Assembly (NCBI GenBank): GCA_016748015.1
Contig: JAAOMT010000630.1
Location: forward strand, 377,308 to 441,307
Direction of reading: 5' to 3'
Length of the DNA stretch: 64,000 nt
Source of the DNA: Geosiphon pyriformis uo1
Lineage: Eukaryota > Fungi > Glomeromycota
A program made the position numbers and the translations under genes. Below, piece by piece: positions 1 through 14,773 of this stretch. The notes below the pieces were generated by a model. It had not been told where the DNA came from, did no database searches, and saw nothing but the letters and a program-made list of their open reading frames with translations. Position 1 is the stretch's first letter; each line of letters starts with the position of its first letter.

Positions 1-3000
1 GTGAAAAATAAAAATTATAACGAATTTAATATAGTCAGTTATCATCATAAATTTTAATATAAATTTATATACAGGAAAAACATTAAATCATTGTTTAATA
101 ACTAAATAATAAATGTTTGACATAAATAAACACAATTAAAATTAAACATTAAATTTTTTATAATAAATTATATATCTTTTTGTTGATTTAAAACTCAAAG
201 TTTATTAAATGAATTAAAAATTAATATTATAATTTTTATATTAAATTTAATATTCAGATAATAAAACTTGAAGTTTTGGTAAAAACGGTTTTTTAATATA
301 AAACTTTAAAATTTACACATTCGAATTTATCAAAATAGAGATATATATTATAGTGTTAAATAACAGTTTTTTTAGTTTTTTGTTAGTTTTTATTCTGGTT
401 TCATTTAAATATAGTTCTAATTTACTTTTTTTAACATTGCTTTAATTTTTTTTCAAATGTATTAAAAATAAAAAATAAAAAATATATAAAATAGTACACA
501 AAAAATTAATTCATCTATTTTAGTTAATAATTTTTTGTTATAACAATAAAATAAACATATTCAAACTGATGAATTTTATTATTAAAAAATATCAACACCA
601 TTATAAGATGTAGTCTTATTGTTCTCTACATGGATAAAATCAAACTTTTATAATAAATACAGCTTATGTAGTTTTAGTATGTGACCATTGATTTGGATTT
701 AAGGTATTTATCTTTCAAACTAAAAAAATTTTAATGTTTTATTTCATTTAAATAATCTATGAATATTTGTTTATTATAAATATGTTTTTGCATTTATTTT
801 TTTATTGTCTTCTTATAAATATTATCTTCTCTTCTGTCACAATTTACATATTATATAATTTTTTATAGTTATCATATAACCAGAAACTAACTTTCAAAAC
901 CACAAATATTTATAATATAAATTTTTTTTTATGTTTAAACTAATTAGAGCTTTTAAGCATATTAGTAATTACTTCAAATATATTTGTTTTACACTTTTAA
1001 TAAAGTATAATTATTATTTAAATAATATAACAAAAAATGTTACATATAAGTTTTTTATATATAATTAACCATTTGAATTTATGTTAAAACTATTTTAATT
1101 AAATATCAAAAAAAATCTTTTTGTATTATTTTATCAATAATATAATTTATATTAAGTCTGCTTAAAAAAATACTAATAAGTTTTATTATTAATTATATAA
1201 ATAAGTTGAATTTTGCATTTTAATATGTAAAAATTTATTTCGAATTTTAAGTTTTAGTTAAATGTAATAAAATAAGACATAATAAATTAAATGCTTAAAT
1301 ATAAAAAATAAAACTTACAAAATAATTTAAATATAATAAGCATTTTTAAATAAAACAAAAAACCAGTTTTATAGACTAAAAACCTAATACTCTAAACTTT
1401 AATAAATTTATAACAACACCAATATTTAAAATTTTTATATTAAATAAAACCTTTTTTAAAATATTAACTTTAATTATAATAATATTAAAACTTAAAAATT
1501 ACAATTACATGTTTTAGTTATAATAATTATTTTAATTATTTTTAATTAAATATATTATTTACTAAATTATTTACATTAACTATTCTATTTTCAAAATAAT
1601 TATAAATTTTGTTAATTGTCTTTTTTACAAGTATATAAATCAAACTTTCTTGGTTTAAAAAGTATTTAATTATTTTAATATTAAAAATATAATATAATTT
1701 TATTTTTCTTATATTCTTTTATTAAATATTTTTTTTCTTGATTGTATATTGTAAATCTTAGCAAAGTATTATTAAAAAAAATAAATATTGAAAAATACAA
1801 ATAATATTTATTATTTAATATATATATATTTGTTTTTTATCAATTTTTTATTTTAATTTACAACAATAAGTTAATTTTAATATAAGTTTGAATAGCTTGA
1901 TTAAATTTAATTCATGTTTATAATTGTTTAATATTAGTTACATAAATATTGAATGTACCACACTTTGTTAAAGTAATAAATAAATTATAAAAACACAAAA
2001 TTATAAAATAAAGTTTTATTATTACTCTTTTTTGCACACAAAATTGTTAAATTTTTTTATTTATCTTATAAAAAAATGCCAATATTACCAATAGATATAA
2101 ATATTGAAACTATATTTTTTTGAAGAAAAAACAAAAAAAATAAAATATATTTTTGTATTAATTATGCTTTTGTAGTATTTGACATCATATAAAAAAATTT
2201 TTCAACCATATTTTAATTAGCTGTAATAATTAATTTAAATAACATTTTAATATTTAAAAAAAAAAAAAAAAAAACGCAATTATTGTGTATAATTGGTATA
2301 AAAAAAATTGCCAAATTAAACTTTAATCAAACTAGAAACATGTAAATTTTAAATTTTTTAGAATTAATAATAAAAAATGAGCTTTAATTGCATCTGCAAT
2401 TAAAATTTACTGTTTAATAATAAATAAAGTAATAAAATAATTTTTATATTTAATATTTGTGAAAAATATTGAATTATTTTGAATGTTTTAATTAAAGAAA
2501 TAATTATTTATTTTGAATAATAATTCTTTGTTTTAAAATTTAGGTTTTCTATTTATTTTTTCTGATAAATTGTTTTTAACGCTTATTTAATTATAAATAG
2601 TTGTTTTTAAAAGAATTATTTAAACTTTTATTGCAAAATAGTTATATCTAATTTAAGGAACTGTTTTTTATTTATTACCATGTTTAATTTTAAATAAAAT
2701 TGTAAGTAATATGCAAATTACTTTTGCTATAAACTTGATTAATTGCTAATTGATTCAATAGATTAAAAATTAATATATAATAAATATTGGTTTTAATAAT
2801 AATTTTATTCGGTTTATAATAATTTACAGATATTTCAATTAATAATTTATATCAATGAATTATGACAGCATAATGTTTAGTTGAAACTTCAAATTATATA
2901 GCAGTGATTAATTGTAACCAATGTGATGATTATTTGACAAATTTGCAATTCTATTTTATTTTAAAAATAATACTGGTGTTTTAACAAATAAGTATAAATG

Positions 3001-5337
3001 TTAAATAAAGATTCTAACAAATTTTCATTAATATATTCACAAAATCCAGCTAATTTTGGTTCAGAAAATTTATAAATTGATTTAAAATAAAAATTGTATA
3101 TTTTTATTTAATCAATAAAACAATTATATGAACGATATTTTGAGCAAAATATTTGTTTTTATTAACAAAACGGTTATAAAATTTTTGTATTTTTTAAAAA
3201 CCATTATTGATTTTGAATTCGGTCTTGAATAAATCATACTAAATAATATATTTTTAATTTTGTTTAGCAATTTGAATAAATAGTGTTGTTTTAATAAATA
3301 CATATTTATTTCAACTTGTTTGGCTGTTAATAAAGTAGTTTTTATTGTGTTCTATTTTGCATGATTGCAATCACTTAAATTGACATAAAGTAGCTAAAAA
3401 TATTAAATTAATTTGAATTATTATATTAATAATAGTTATTCATAATATATTAACTTTTTATGTTTTAAATATATTTTAGTTAAATCAATTAATAATTTTT
3501 TATAATTTTAATTAGACTTTGATATTAATGAATTATTAGATTTTTTAAATTTCACTAATTAAAAAATATCAAATTATAATTAATTGCAACAATTGTCAAC
3601 AGTTGTTGTAATTATAGCTATTTGTTAAAGTTGTAATAATTGTGGCAAAATCAATTGTAAAAATTTTAATCATTGCCAATTAATAAAATAAAATAAATGA
3701 TTTAGTTAATAATCAAGTCAATAATAAAGTTGGGAATTTGATGAATAATTGAATCAACCATCAAGTTATGAATCATATTAATGATTTAGAAAATAAATAA
3801 TTTTAAAAATAAGATGTAAAATATATATTTGAATTAGTAAAATTATTCAAGTTTTTTAATCAAGCATTATTATTTTTAAGTTTTAAAAACATTTCAAAAA
3901 TTATTATTTGATAGTTGTTAAATATATTGAAACTTTTATTTAATCATATCAAATATTAAAAATTTTATATATAAAGTTTAATAAAAAAATAGTTTAAGAA
4001 AGATATTATGAGTTTATGAATTTATTAAATTATTAAAAATATTTTTTGGTAATTATTATTTATTAGCAAATATGATAAAATATTAATATAAATGATTTTA
4101 TTAACCATTATTATTTAACTTAAAATTAATTACAGAAAATTTTTTACGTGAATAAAGTTTTTAAGATTGAATACAGCATCATGTTCTGGTCAAAGTATAG
4201 ATTTTCATTAGCAAGTATTCAATTTAACTTTATACTATGAAATCAAAACTACACAATATATTATCATTAGGATTGGATAAAAAAAACATTGACATATGAG
4301 ATTTGCGTACTACATGTATGACAACATTAGAGCTTATCGATTTCTTTCCTTGCATGTTTTACTAAATCATAAAGTAGAATTTGTTCTTTGTTTGAAAAAG
4401 TGGTCATACATACATATATACACTTAATAAAGATGGGTTAGTACATATAATCTTTCTAAAAAGCATTTTCTGAATAAAAAATCCTGATACTTTTATACTT
4501 TAAATACGCAGTTAATTGTAAAAACTTGCAATTTTCAAAATCATCCAATCAAAACCAAATAATTTTTTAATTAGAACCATGTTTCAAAATCAAATCCAAG
4601 AGACCATAAGCAAAACAATAAATTTACTTTTTTGATTCTAACATTGAATCATTTTATGTTGTCAATAAATAAAGTTCAAGATCCCCATTTCTTATATGAA
4701 TAACGATTTAAATTCAATTAAAATTTTCTATTGTTTTTTCTTTTGTTTTTTTCAAGCTTTTTAATTCTTTTGATTTTATTTATTTTTCAATATACGAAGA
4801 TTGAAACTCAAATTCGCTTGATGAAAAAATAACTAAAATCATATTCGAAAATTTTCAAAATGATTTTTAAAAATTCTATCCCAATTTTCATTCAATTTTT
4901 GATTCTTAGATAAAATTAAATAATATAATTTTAAATTAAACATAATTCTTAATTTCTTGAAATTCAAATCAAATCAAATTTAAATTGGCATATATAATGA
5001 TTCAAACTAAAATCTCAATTAATTACAGAAAACAATGATTATTTAATTGTAAAAAAAAACTATTTCAGATATTATTTAATAAAAAATTTCATTCTTTACA
5101 ATAATCATGTTCTTTTTTTTATTATCATCATAATATAATAAAAGATAAATCATCAATTCACGTATGAGTGGCCAAAAACTTGAATTTTTTTAATATTTAA
5201 GTAAAATTAATCAAAAAAATTTTCTTGTCAAAAATTTACACTTAAAAGATTTACACTTTTGATAATTTATTTAGTATAAAGTTCAAGATTAACAGATATT
5301 GGTACCTAATCTCTCGAATTTTGATACATCTTCATCC

Positions 5338-7639
5338 CTAATCTTTTTTACCTAATTCCCATAATCCTTCTCTCTCTCTTTTGTAACTATCAAATTCTTC
5401 ATCACTCTTTCCAACACTGTTTTTCTCATCACCATCAATATTCCTATTATAATTATGATCACTGTTTTTATCATCCTCATTATCATCATTATCATCATTA
5501 TCGTCATCTTCATTATCAAAATATATCCGAGCACGTTGCATCGCCTCGAAATATCTAATCGGTAAATGGTTTCTAAAAAAAGTAGGTAACACTCGTTCAA
5601 TCCAGATTAAAGGACTCCCAACAGGATGTTTGTAATTCGGTTCAGTACGAAAAACGTCTTTTCTACTGAACCACGGTTTACCATTTCGACAAAATTTTGA
5701 TTCGGTTTCACTGTCAGCCACTTTCCCTTCACTATCTAAAGAATTCCATCCAAACATCGAATATAATGAATAATTTCTTCTTTTTCGTTGTACAACGACC
5801 GGCTCAATTGCATTATCAAAAGAATCCCAAGTTGATACAGGTTTCCTACCATCCCGGAAAAACCTCATTCCTTCACCAACATGTGCATAATTTAAAAGAT
5901 TCATCTTGTTGATGAAACGTCTGATGCTAGGATCTTCATAGCCTGGTGGTAATTTCGTGATAATATCTGTATCATTTATTACTCGCCATAACATATTCGG
6001 CCTATCGAAAGGATCATTTGCAGCAGCTGCAAAATGTGCCGCAAAATCTGCATCACCGATAGCTGGAGTACCAAATAGATATCCATCTCGTAAAATACAA
6101 TTCTCATCAAGATCTGAAGGTGACTGAAGGAGGCGAGAGTAGAATAGAGTTCCTAGAGCAGCACCTAGTGAATGTCCTGTCACCCAAAGATTTATCGGTT
6201 GAGAATGTTCATTACTTGATGATGATGATGACAATTTTGATAATGAGCGAATTTGTAAAGCTTTAGCACGAACTGCTCTTATGATTGTTATGTATGGACT
6301 TGTTGCATGGCCTCTTGAACTTTTGTGACCTGCATCTGGAAAGAGGGACGTATAGAATCCTTCATGAATTTCCCCAAACACGAATCCTCTTTAAGAGTGA
6401 AACATTATGAGAGTAGTGAATTGTTTCATAGATATTATAAGCAATATTATTAATAAAAAAAACTATAGATTTTTATTTTAAACGTTTTGCATTTCAAAAA
6501 AATAAAAAAGTACCTCGCATCAACACGTTGAATCATCAAATCCACCAAAAAATCTTCAAAGTTAGTCGGCGTCGTTCCTTTAAATACAACCACAATGAAT
6601 CGATGTGCATATGACCAAAACATTCCAGCGAAGGGTCCACCCAAAGAGTTTAATTCCGATAACGAAGTAAATTCTAATCCCCACTGATCGGCTTGCTTGT
6701 GTATGCGAGCTTCACTTTCTCTCAATTGTCGATTCACCTCCTCGAAAGCTTCTGGAGTTCGTTTTACTTTATTTTTAGAGAGAGATGTAATCATTTTATG
6801 AGCATTACGAACCATCGTATCATCACGTTCATATACAATCGCTGACATGAGAAGTAGAGTTTCGGCGATATCGAGATTAAAGGGTCGAGTTTTCTTTTGG
6901 GTGCTTGTATCAGATTTTGCGGCCTCGTGTTGGTAAGCTGTTGTGGAGGGCAGGGGTTGGTCTAACCCTAGAATACCATCATTTACTATGTCACGAACTT
7001 CTTCCGAGAATATTCTTGGATCCCCTGGACATTATGAAATATAATGAATTTGAGTGTTTGTAATTTGATTGAGGGAATTATTAATTCGTTGAAATTATTC
7101 GATTGTAATCGAAATCGCTAAAATCTACTAGCTAATTCAAATGAATAAAAACACGCTTCGTATCTGTACTCACACCAATTAACAGGAGTCAAACCATCAC
7201 CCCATTTTTCTGAAACTCTGTTCAACACGTTTCCAAATCCACATAAAAAAGCCATATGTAATGATAACTCAATAATCACCAAAGAAACTACAATAGCGGG
7301 AAACACGGTAATGGTCAACATAAAATTCACTGGATGAAAAATTGGCATTGACCAATCAAATAATACTGTTAATAATAAATTTCGTATAGCACGATGAACA
7401 TAAACTACATAAGTTAACGAAGGAAAAAGTGTGGGAAGAGAAGTGAATGATTGGGTAGCTGTTGATTTATGTTCTGGTGTTTGTGTTAAATCTTTTAGAT
7501 GAGGACTGGCATCTTTATAATGCTTTACGTGGCCATTTAGAAGTGGAATTGATGTTTCACGATGGGGCTGAGAGGTTGAAGGTTGAGGTGGATTTGGCCT
7601 TTTGGGATTTTGATTTTGATTTGATTTTTGAGCCGACAT
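5338..7639 (-). CDS. Class-3 (fungal-type) lipase, 3 exons: 7639-7174, 7024-6514, 6388-5338 (~675 aa)
   Basis: Three ORF-track pieces join in frame at GT..AG introns (GTGAGT..CAG; GTACTT..AAG). Motifs: VVVFKGT, IHEGFY, nucleophile elbow GHSLG, YLFGTPAIG, RVINDTDIITKLP, and C-terminal HLPIRY. Exon 1 has hydrophobic segments and the C-terminus is Asp/Asn-rich. Confidence 0.9.
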
Positions 7640-10179
7640 CTTAATAAAAAATGGGGGAATAAATTATTTTGAAAACTTATTTACAAGATTCTTTAATTTT
7701 AAACTCCAAAGGGTTGGGATTCGTTCTTTAAACTATATTTCAAATTGGAATTTTATGAGAATACAAATAAAGTCTCTATGTTCTCTATCCTCCGAATTTT
7801 TTGCATTCACCAATTATAAAGAATAATAATGGTAAAAGGCAAATCTTTCCCGGCCAAAAGTATTGAGACGAGGTTTTTATAATCAATTTCTTAATTAAAA
7901 TGTAGGAGTATCTGGGATCCAGAAGTAAGCTTGTTAAAAAGATTTTACCGGATTTTTTTGTACCCATTTGTATTAAGAATCGACAAGAAATGTATGCTTT
8001 AACCACTTTGTCAAACAAACAACAGGTTTTTTATTCTACGAATTGGATCACAAGAGAATAAATCATGTTAGATTTCTTTACGATAATCTGAATCTCAATC
8101 CGATAATGATTCAAGTAACTAAATTTGATTTTTAGAAATACTTTGGTAAAATTTAAATCATTTTTGCTAATAAAATTTAAATAACTTTTTCCATGATTAT
8201 CTCCGAAACTATTATTTAATCATATATTGAAAATAACCATATAATCCAGTCTTTTAGTAAAAACCATTTGGAAATAGTCTTTCAACGAAATTGTTACTAT
8301 GCTCATTCCTTTAATTTTCCAAAAACTGTTGTGTAACTTGATGGCTAAATGCAAATCCTTGTTTTTTCCATACCAAACTACGAAAAAATCCGTCAAAAAG
8401 TGAGACTACCCGAAATTTAATGATAATAATATCATTTAAAATGAAGAAGGTTTCCCAAAATAAATAATTGCAAAGTTAAATGAAAACATTTATTTTCAAT
8501 TCAAAATAATTTGGAAAAATGTGAATATTTAGACGGGAAGAAATTTTATCATTCAAAATAAATTTATAATAGGTAAAAGTTATTACACAAAATATTAGTT
8601 AAAGATAAGTATAGTTACTTGATATATAATCTGAATTATTAATATTTAAACCATATTTTTATTATTTAAATTTGAAAAATATTATAATTATAATTAAAAT
8701 ATCTAATATTTTTTATTTTTTATTGTTTTAATTAAAGTATTTTAATAACTACTTATTAAAAAAAAAATATATTATAATACAAGATTAAATATTTAATACG
8801 AGATAAAAATTTATTTAATTTTTAAAGAAAAAAAAATTCAGAAAGTTATCATACATGTCAAATTAATTGAAAAAAAATATATCATATTTATGAATTATCA
8901 ATTATATATTATATATTATTTTAAGATAATTTGAATTTAAATTATTATAATATTTGTTTTTTATTAATTATAATATTTTTTTTAATTTAATATTATAAAT
9001 TATTTAATTAATAAATAATTACATATATTTTAATATTAAATTGATTTTGTTAAAACTTACAATTTTATATTTTATATTTTATATTTTAAAAAAAATTTAA
9101 ACTTGATTATCAATTTTGAATTTAAAAACTTTTTTGCTAATTTTAAATATATATATATATAAGAAAAATTTATAAATAATCTATAAAACCAATAAAAATA
9201 ATTAAAGATGAAATCTTTAAAGTTTTAAAAATCTAATTACTTTTAATTGAAAGTATAAAAATTTCACAAAAAATAATAGTTTTTAAAGTTTAAAGAAACT
9301 AGAATAAATATTTTATTTAAAATTTGATAAAAAAAATAAAAAAAATAAAATTTAATTAAAAAAAATTATAACTAAAGTTTTAATAATTCAAAAATAAATT
9401 ATTTTTTGGGGTAATATTATATATACAAGTTCCAAATATACCCAATAATTAAATCAATAATTACGTTACAAATAAACACACTAAAATAAAACAATATTAA
9501 ATTTATAAACGTCATATAATAAACTAAGAAATAATGATAATATTAAATTGTACTAAGATTTTATAAATAATTATAAAATAAAAACAAGTTATTAATATTT
9601 TTTGATTAAATAATTTAAAAAAATTTGTATATATATATATATATTATAATTATTTTTAAATTCTATTTTCAAAATATAATTCCAAATTTTATAATAAGAA
9701 TAGTATTATGTAATAGAATTCTAAATATTCAACCTTTTAAAACTTTGAAAGCAAATTAAATATCTTTATAAAGAAATTTAATGTTAACTTTATATTAAGA
9801 AACTATAAATATTTTTTTGATAATTCAAAAATCAAAAAATAATTATCTAAATTTTTTAAAAAATTAATTAATATAATATTTTATGTTTTAGTCGTAAGTC
9901 TTTATATTAATATAAATAATAAAATTCATATTTTGTGACTTGATTAACATTTTTGAATATACTTAGTGACAAATAGATCAATCATTGTTTCTAAATTGAT
10001 TTATTTTTAATTTATCTGATCAACTTTTATCAAAATCTTTGCTGATTAAATTTTTAGAATAAACATATAAATCCTTAAAAAATTATTTTGGTTTAAAATA
10101 CTTGGAATCTCGAAACCCTTAAAAAAGATCGTTCAAAGAACTCCTACTTTTTATCTGTTAACTTACAATTGAAGATATA

Positions 10180-10675
10180 GGTACCATTTCTGGTAAGATT
10201 TAAAATTTCCGTGATTTTTTATTCGCGTTTATTATAAAATAATCAAAAGATTTTGCGCGTTTTTTTCTTACACTTTTATTACAAAAGATCATAATGTCAT
10301 ATTTTTAGTTAAAACATATTATTTTAATATAAACAATTTCAATTGTCTTTGTTTTACCTTAAAAGTGAACCATAACAATGAAATTTTTCTTTTTACACGA
10401 GTGGTATTTTTTATCTCTTGAATAGATTAGAAATTAAACCAGCAATCTCGATAAAATAAAGAGATGATCAAAAAATTCTTGTTGAATAAATCTTATACGA
10501 GTCTTAAAAATCAGCGCAGCACAAATTCTCAAAGTTGCTAATTGTTTTGCTTTTGTTCCCTTTAATAATAACTAATACCAATTTGCGCTGCATCCATACC
10601 TTTTATACCTCATAAATAATAGCAAAACAACGAAGCCAATTGTCTAATTTAAATTATAAAATGCAATTCGAAAAT
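10180..10675. repeat. Duplicated upstream non-coding block, copy 1 (paralog at ~14774-15230)
   Basis: Collinear high-identity stretches (e.g. ttttaccttaaaagtgaac, aataataactaataccaatttgcgctgca) occur upstream of both tandem BTB genes. Confidence 0.8.
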
Positions 10676-10799
10676 AATGAAGTGAATCCCTATTTATACT
10701 CTGTAACATCACCTCAAAGTCTTGACTTGTCTTTAAAGTTAAAATCATCCAAGCTTATATTAGTATTTTTCTAAAGAACTCGAGAAAAAGATTGTTAAT

Positions 10800-12264
10800 A
10801 TGTCCGACATTTCTAACTTTCAAATAAAATTTTGTGCAGATATTGGAAAACTTCTAGAGCAAAACAATACACATGATGTAATTATTCATGCCGGTAAAGA
10901 ACCAAACATGAAAAAATATAAGGCCCATTCTCTTATACTATGCGCAAGATCGCGTTACTTTCGTATCGGTTTATCAGCTGATTGGGCAAAGAAGAAAGAC
11001 GAAATCTTTGTGTTTAAAAAGCCAAACATTTTACCAGAAGTGTTTGAAAATATTATAAAGTATGTTTTGAATTTAAGAAATATTTTGAAAACATTCTGAA
11101 ATTTTCATTAACATTTTTCAAAACTCGAATAGATTTTTATACAGCGCAACTATTGACTTGAAAGGTCAGGAAGGTCCAGAAATTTTGAAACTTTTGGTTG
11201 CAGTTGATGAATTAGAATTGGATGATTTATCGGCTCATATACAACAATACTTGATCAAAGAGAAACATGAATGGCTACACCAAGATCCTATGCAAGTGCT
11301 GGATATTGTTTTTCGGCATGAAGCGTGTCACAGCCTCCGTGATTATTGTCTCGAGGCTATTTGTGCGAACCCGAAAGTAGTTTTCGAATCAAAGGATTTT
11401 TACTTTATTGATAGATCAATTCTTCTAATGCTGTTGAAACGAGACGACCTTGACATTGAAGAAATAAAAATTTTGGAGTATTTATTTAATTGGGGTACGA
11501 TGCAACACACATCTTTAGGAAAGGAGGTTTCTATCTGGTGTGGAGAAGATTTCACGGCAGTAGCAGCTACTTTAGAACCACTGCTACTTCTAATTCGATG
11601 GGAAGAGATCAAGTCATCTGATTTTCAGCAAAAGGTGTTGCCTTATAAGCGGGTCCTACCCAAACCTCTTTACAAAAGCATTATCGACCATTATCTGAAT
11701 CCGAGTATACCAATTCAATCTACTTTGAAGGCTCGAGCCGCAACTCGAATTGACTCCACTATAATTAATAAGAAGATTGCAGCTGTAATCGGTAATTGGA
11801 TAGCAGGAACGAACTCGATATCAGAGCAAAAGCATTCTTACAATTTTGAAAACTTGTTTCGCGCCAGTCGGGATGGATTTAATGATAGAACTTTTCATAG
11901 TAGATGTGATAACAAAGGACCTACAGTTACTATTGTGAAGCTTTTATTAAACAATATTATTGTTGGCGCCTATAATCCTCTACACTGGACCAGTAATGGA
12001 ACTTATCAAAATTCGAATTCTACTTTTATTTTTCAGTTTTCGGATTCGAGTAGTCAATCAGGGAAGATTGGTCGAGTTATCACCTACCAAAATGCTGTTT
12101 ATAATAATCCTAGTTATGGACCAACTTTTGGTGGTGGACATGATTTCTATATAAATGGGAATTATTGGTGCCACAGTTCAGTACATTCCTATCCCAATAT
12201 TTTTTCAAGCCTTAGAGGTAATAACCTACAAATGCAAGACTATGAAGTTTTTAAAGTTTTATAA
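10800..12264 (+). CDS. BTB/POZ-BACK-TLDc protein, copy 1; exons 10800-11059 and 11133-12264 (~463 aa)
   Basis: BTB motif DVII..KAHSLILCARSRYF; BACK-like LLKRDDLDIEEIKI; TLDc motifs LFRASRDGF..FHSRCDNKGPT..GPTFGGG..YEVF. Intron GTATGT..TAG joins the exons in frame (..IIK|FLYSAT). Confidence 0.92.
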
Positions 12265-13940
12265 CCATTTAACTTGATTTTTCCCTTTAAAATGTGGTAT
12301 CTGACATGATTATTTCTTTGATTTATAAGTTTTTGTCAATTTGCTAGCGCGTGTTATCTGATTTTTAATAAAACTCAATAATTATATTTAATTTTCTATG
12401 GGCAAATTTATTTAAAAACGGTTTAGCATCATCTCATACAATTTTAATTTCAATTTATTGATAAATAAAAGTGGATTCAGGAGTCTCGAAAAGTATTAAA
12501 ACCATCCATGCCACTATTCATCACAAAACCTAAGCTATAATCATTGTAAAGAGAAAAAAAAACAAAGCCTCAAGTCTTACATATTATTTATAGGTTATAA
12601 AATCAACTGCTTTTCTATATACATTTTATCACCTGATAGCTCAAGTAAAAATTTCAAGTGAAAAAGTCAAGAATTAAACATATTTTACTTGCCATAAAAA
12701 AAATTCTTTCCCACCAAAATATCATTTTCTCATCGTTTCCGTTATTTTTCCGGTACCAACTCAAAATTCAGAATACTTCCTCGATTCGTGATTAAGTAGC
12801 AAATAGCACAGATAGTATGTATTAGAGATTAGACTTAGTCTTATAAGAGATTAGCAGAATGGAAAAATTTAGGTATAATAAAATTCTAAATATTTCGCTG
12901 TTCCATTCCTCTCTTCTACAATATTCCAAATAAGATTTTCCTTGCTAAAGAATATTTTTCAATATATTTTTATGAATTAATATTCATTTTGCACTATCAG
13001 ATTCAAAACTGATATTTTTCATTAAAGAATTTAAAATTTATCTTAAATTAGAAATGCAATAATATCTAATATTTCATATTTTTTATACATGTAAATTATA
13101 TTTTTATTTCCTGATGTCCTGATGTCTGGTTTTAAAATGAATTTTATATATTAAAAATGTGGTTCATAGGGGAATCAAAAAAAATACATATCTGAAATTC
13201 TCAAATAATCATTCGGACTATTCATTATGGAAACGAGTAGTGTGCACGATCTATGGCAGAAAGATTTTTTGGTTTTGTTTTATTAGCGAAATATATCATT
13301 AAGAAACTGATCTCCCGAATTTTGCGGAATTATTTATATAATACCAAGTTAAAAAATTTGAAATGAGATTTTTATTAATTTATTATTTTAAAGATTAAAA
13401 TCTTGGGGAGGCAAACCAAATTTCAAATACAAAATTATGTTTTACGGCTAAAAAATAGTAAAAATTTTTATCAATTTACAAAACTATCCTTGCAATTTAG
13501 CAAAATCATTATCTTCTTTTATTTAAGTCAATAAACTATAGCTAAAATTCAAAATTTTTGCTTCAAATTTAAAAGCAGATTATTAATTTGGTCAAAAACA
13601 ATTACATTTGTAAAAAGTCGACGAGGTAGATAAATTTACAAATATTTGATTTCACAAAAGTTATTTCTGCGAAGACAATTATTAATATATAAAAGTTTGA
13701 ATGTATAGTATAGCAGTATAAATAGCATCATTTAAAGCTGATTAAGAAAGTAATTTAGAAATTTAATAATACAGCGATCATACAAAAAAAATCTAATCAG
13801 CAAATTTAAATCACAACTACTTTTGATATAAATTTATTATATGAAAGTATATTCTAAAATACATTCTAATAAAGTTGAACAAAAATTATAAATAATAATT
13901 AACATAATAAAATTTTAATTTTATTATATTTATATTTATT

Positions 13941-14028
13941 TTTTATTATTGCCAAACAAGTGTAGTCCAACCACCAACTATTGTATATTAGATGTGGATC
14001 AGGCTACAAACAACACGTGACCAGCCAC
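13941..14028 (-). mobile_element. ~90-bp 3'-terminal stub of a LINE related to those at 26.8-56.7 kb
   Basis: Minus strand reads GTGGCTGGTCACGTG...TAGCCTGAT...GCAATAATAAAA followed by an A-rich tail. This resembles the LINE 3' UTRs near 30450-30550 and 56570-56700. Confidence 0.5.
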
Positions 14029-14236
14029 AATAATTATTTAACTACTATCTTAAATGAATTCGCTATCCCTGATTTTTATAGCTTTTTTAATAACCTTAAA
14101 GAATTATTAGATTACTAAATACATATTCACTTAATAAAAAATCAATAGCATTAATTATTTTATTGCTATTTAATAAACATGCTTCATACTTATTTTAATA
14201 TATATTAATAACCAACTTAAAAAAACTCTATCCTGA

Positions 14237-14773
14237 NNNNNNNNNNNNNNNNNNNNNNNNNNNNNNNNNNNNNNNNNNNNNNNNNNNNNNNNNNNNNNNN
14301 NNNNNNNNNNNNNNNNNNNNNNNNNNNNNNNNNNNNNNNNNNNNNNNNNNNNNNNNNNNNNNNNNNNNNNNNNNNNNNNNNNNNNNNNNNNNNNNNNNNN
14401 NNNNNNNNNNNNNNNNNNNNNNNNNNNNNNNNNNNNNNNNNNNNNNNNNNNNNNNNNNNNNNNNNNNNNNNNNNNNNNNNNNNNNNNNNNNNNNNNNNNN
14501 NNNNNNNNNNNNNNNNNNNNNNNNNNNNNNNNNNNNNNNNNNNNNNNNNNNNNNNNNNNNNNNNNNNNNNNNNNNNNNNNNNNNNNNNNNNNNNNNNNNN
14601 NNNNNNNNNNNNNNNNNNNNNNNNNNNNNNNNNNNNNNNNNNNNNNNNNNNNNNNNNNNNNNNNNNNNNNNNNNNNNNNNNNNNNNNNNNNNNNNNNNNN
14701 NNNNNNNNNNNNNNNNNNNNNNNNNNNNNNNNNNNNNNNNNNNNNNNNNNNNNNNNNNNNNNNNNNNNNNNNN
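14237..14773. other. Assembly gap (N run)
   Basis: 537 consecutive N bases. Confidence 0.99.

Noticed and set aside
1-4200. Extremely AT-rich stretch, possibly an ancient eroded transposon
   Set aside because: No recognisable domain, termini or repeat period, so no specific call can be supported.
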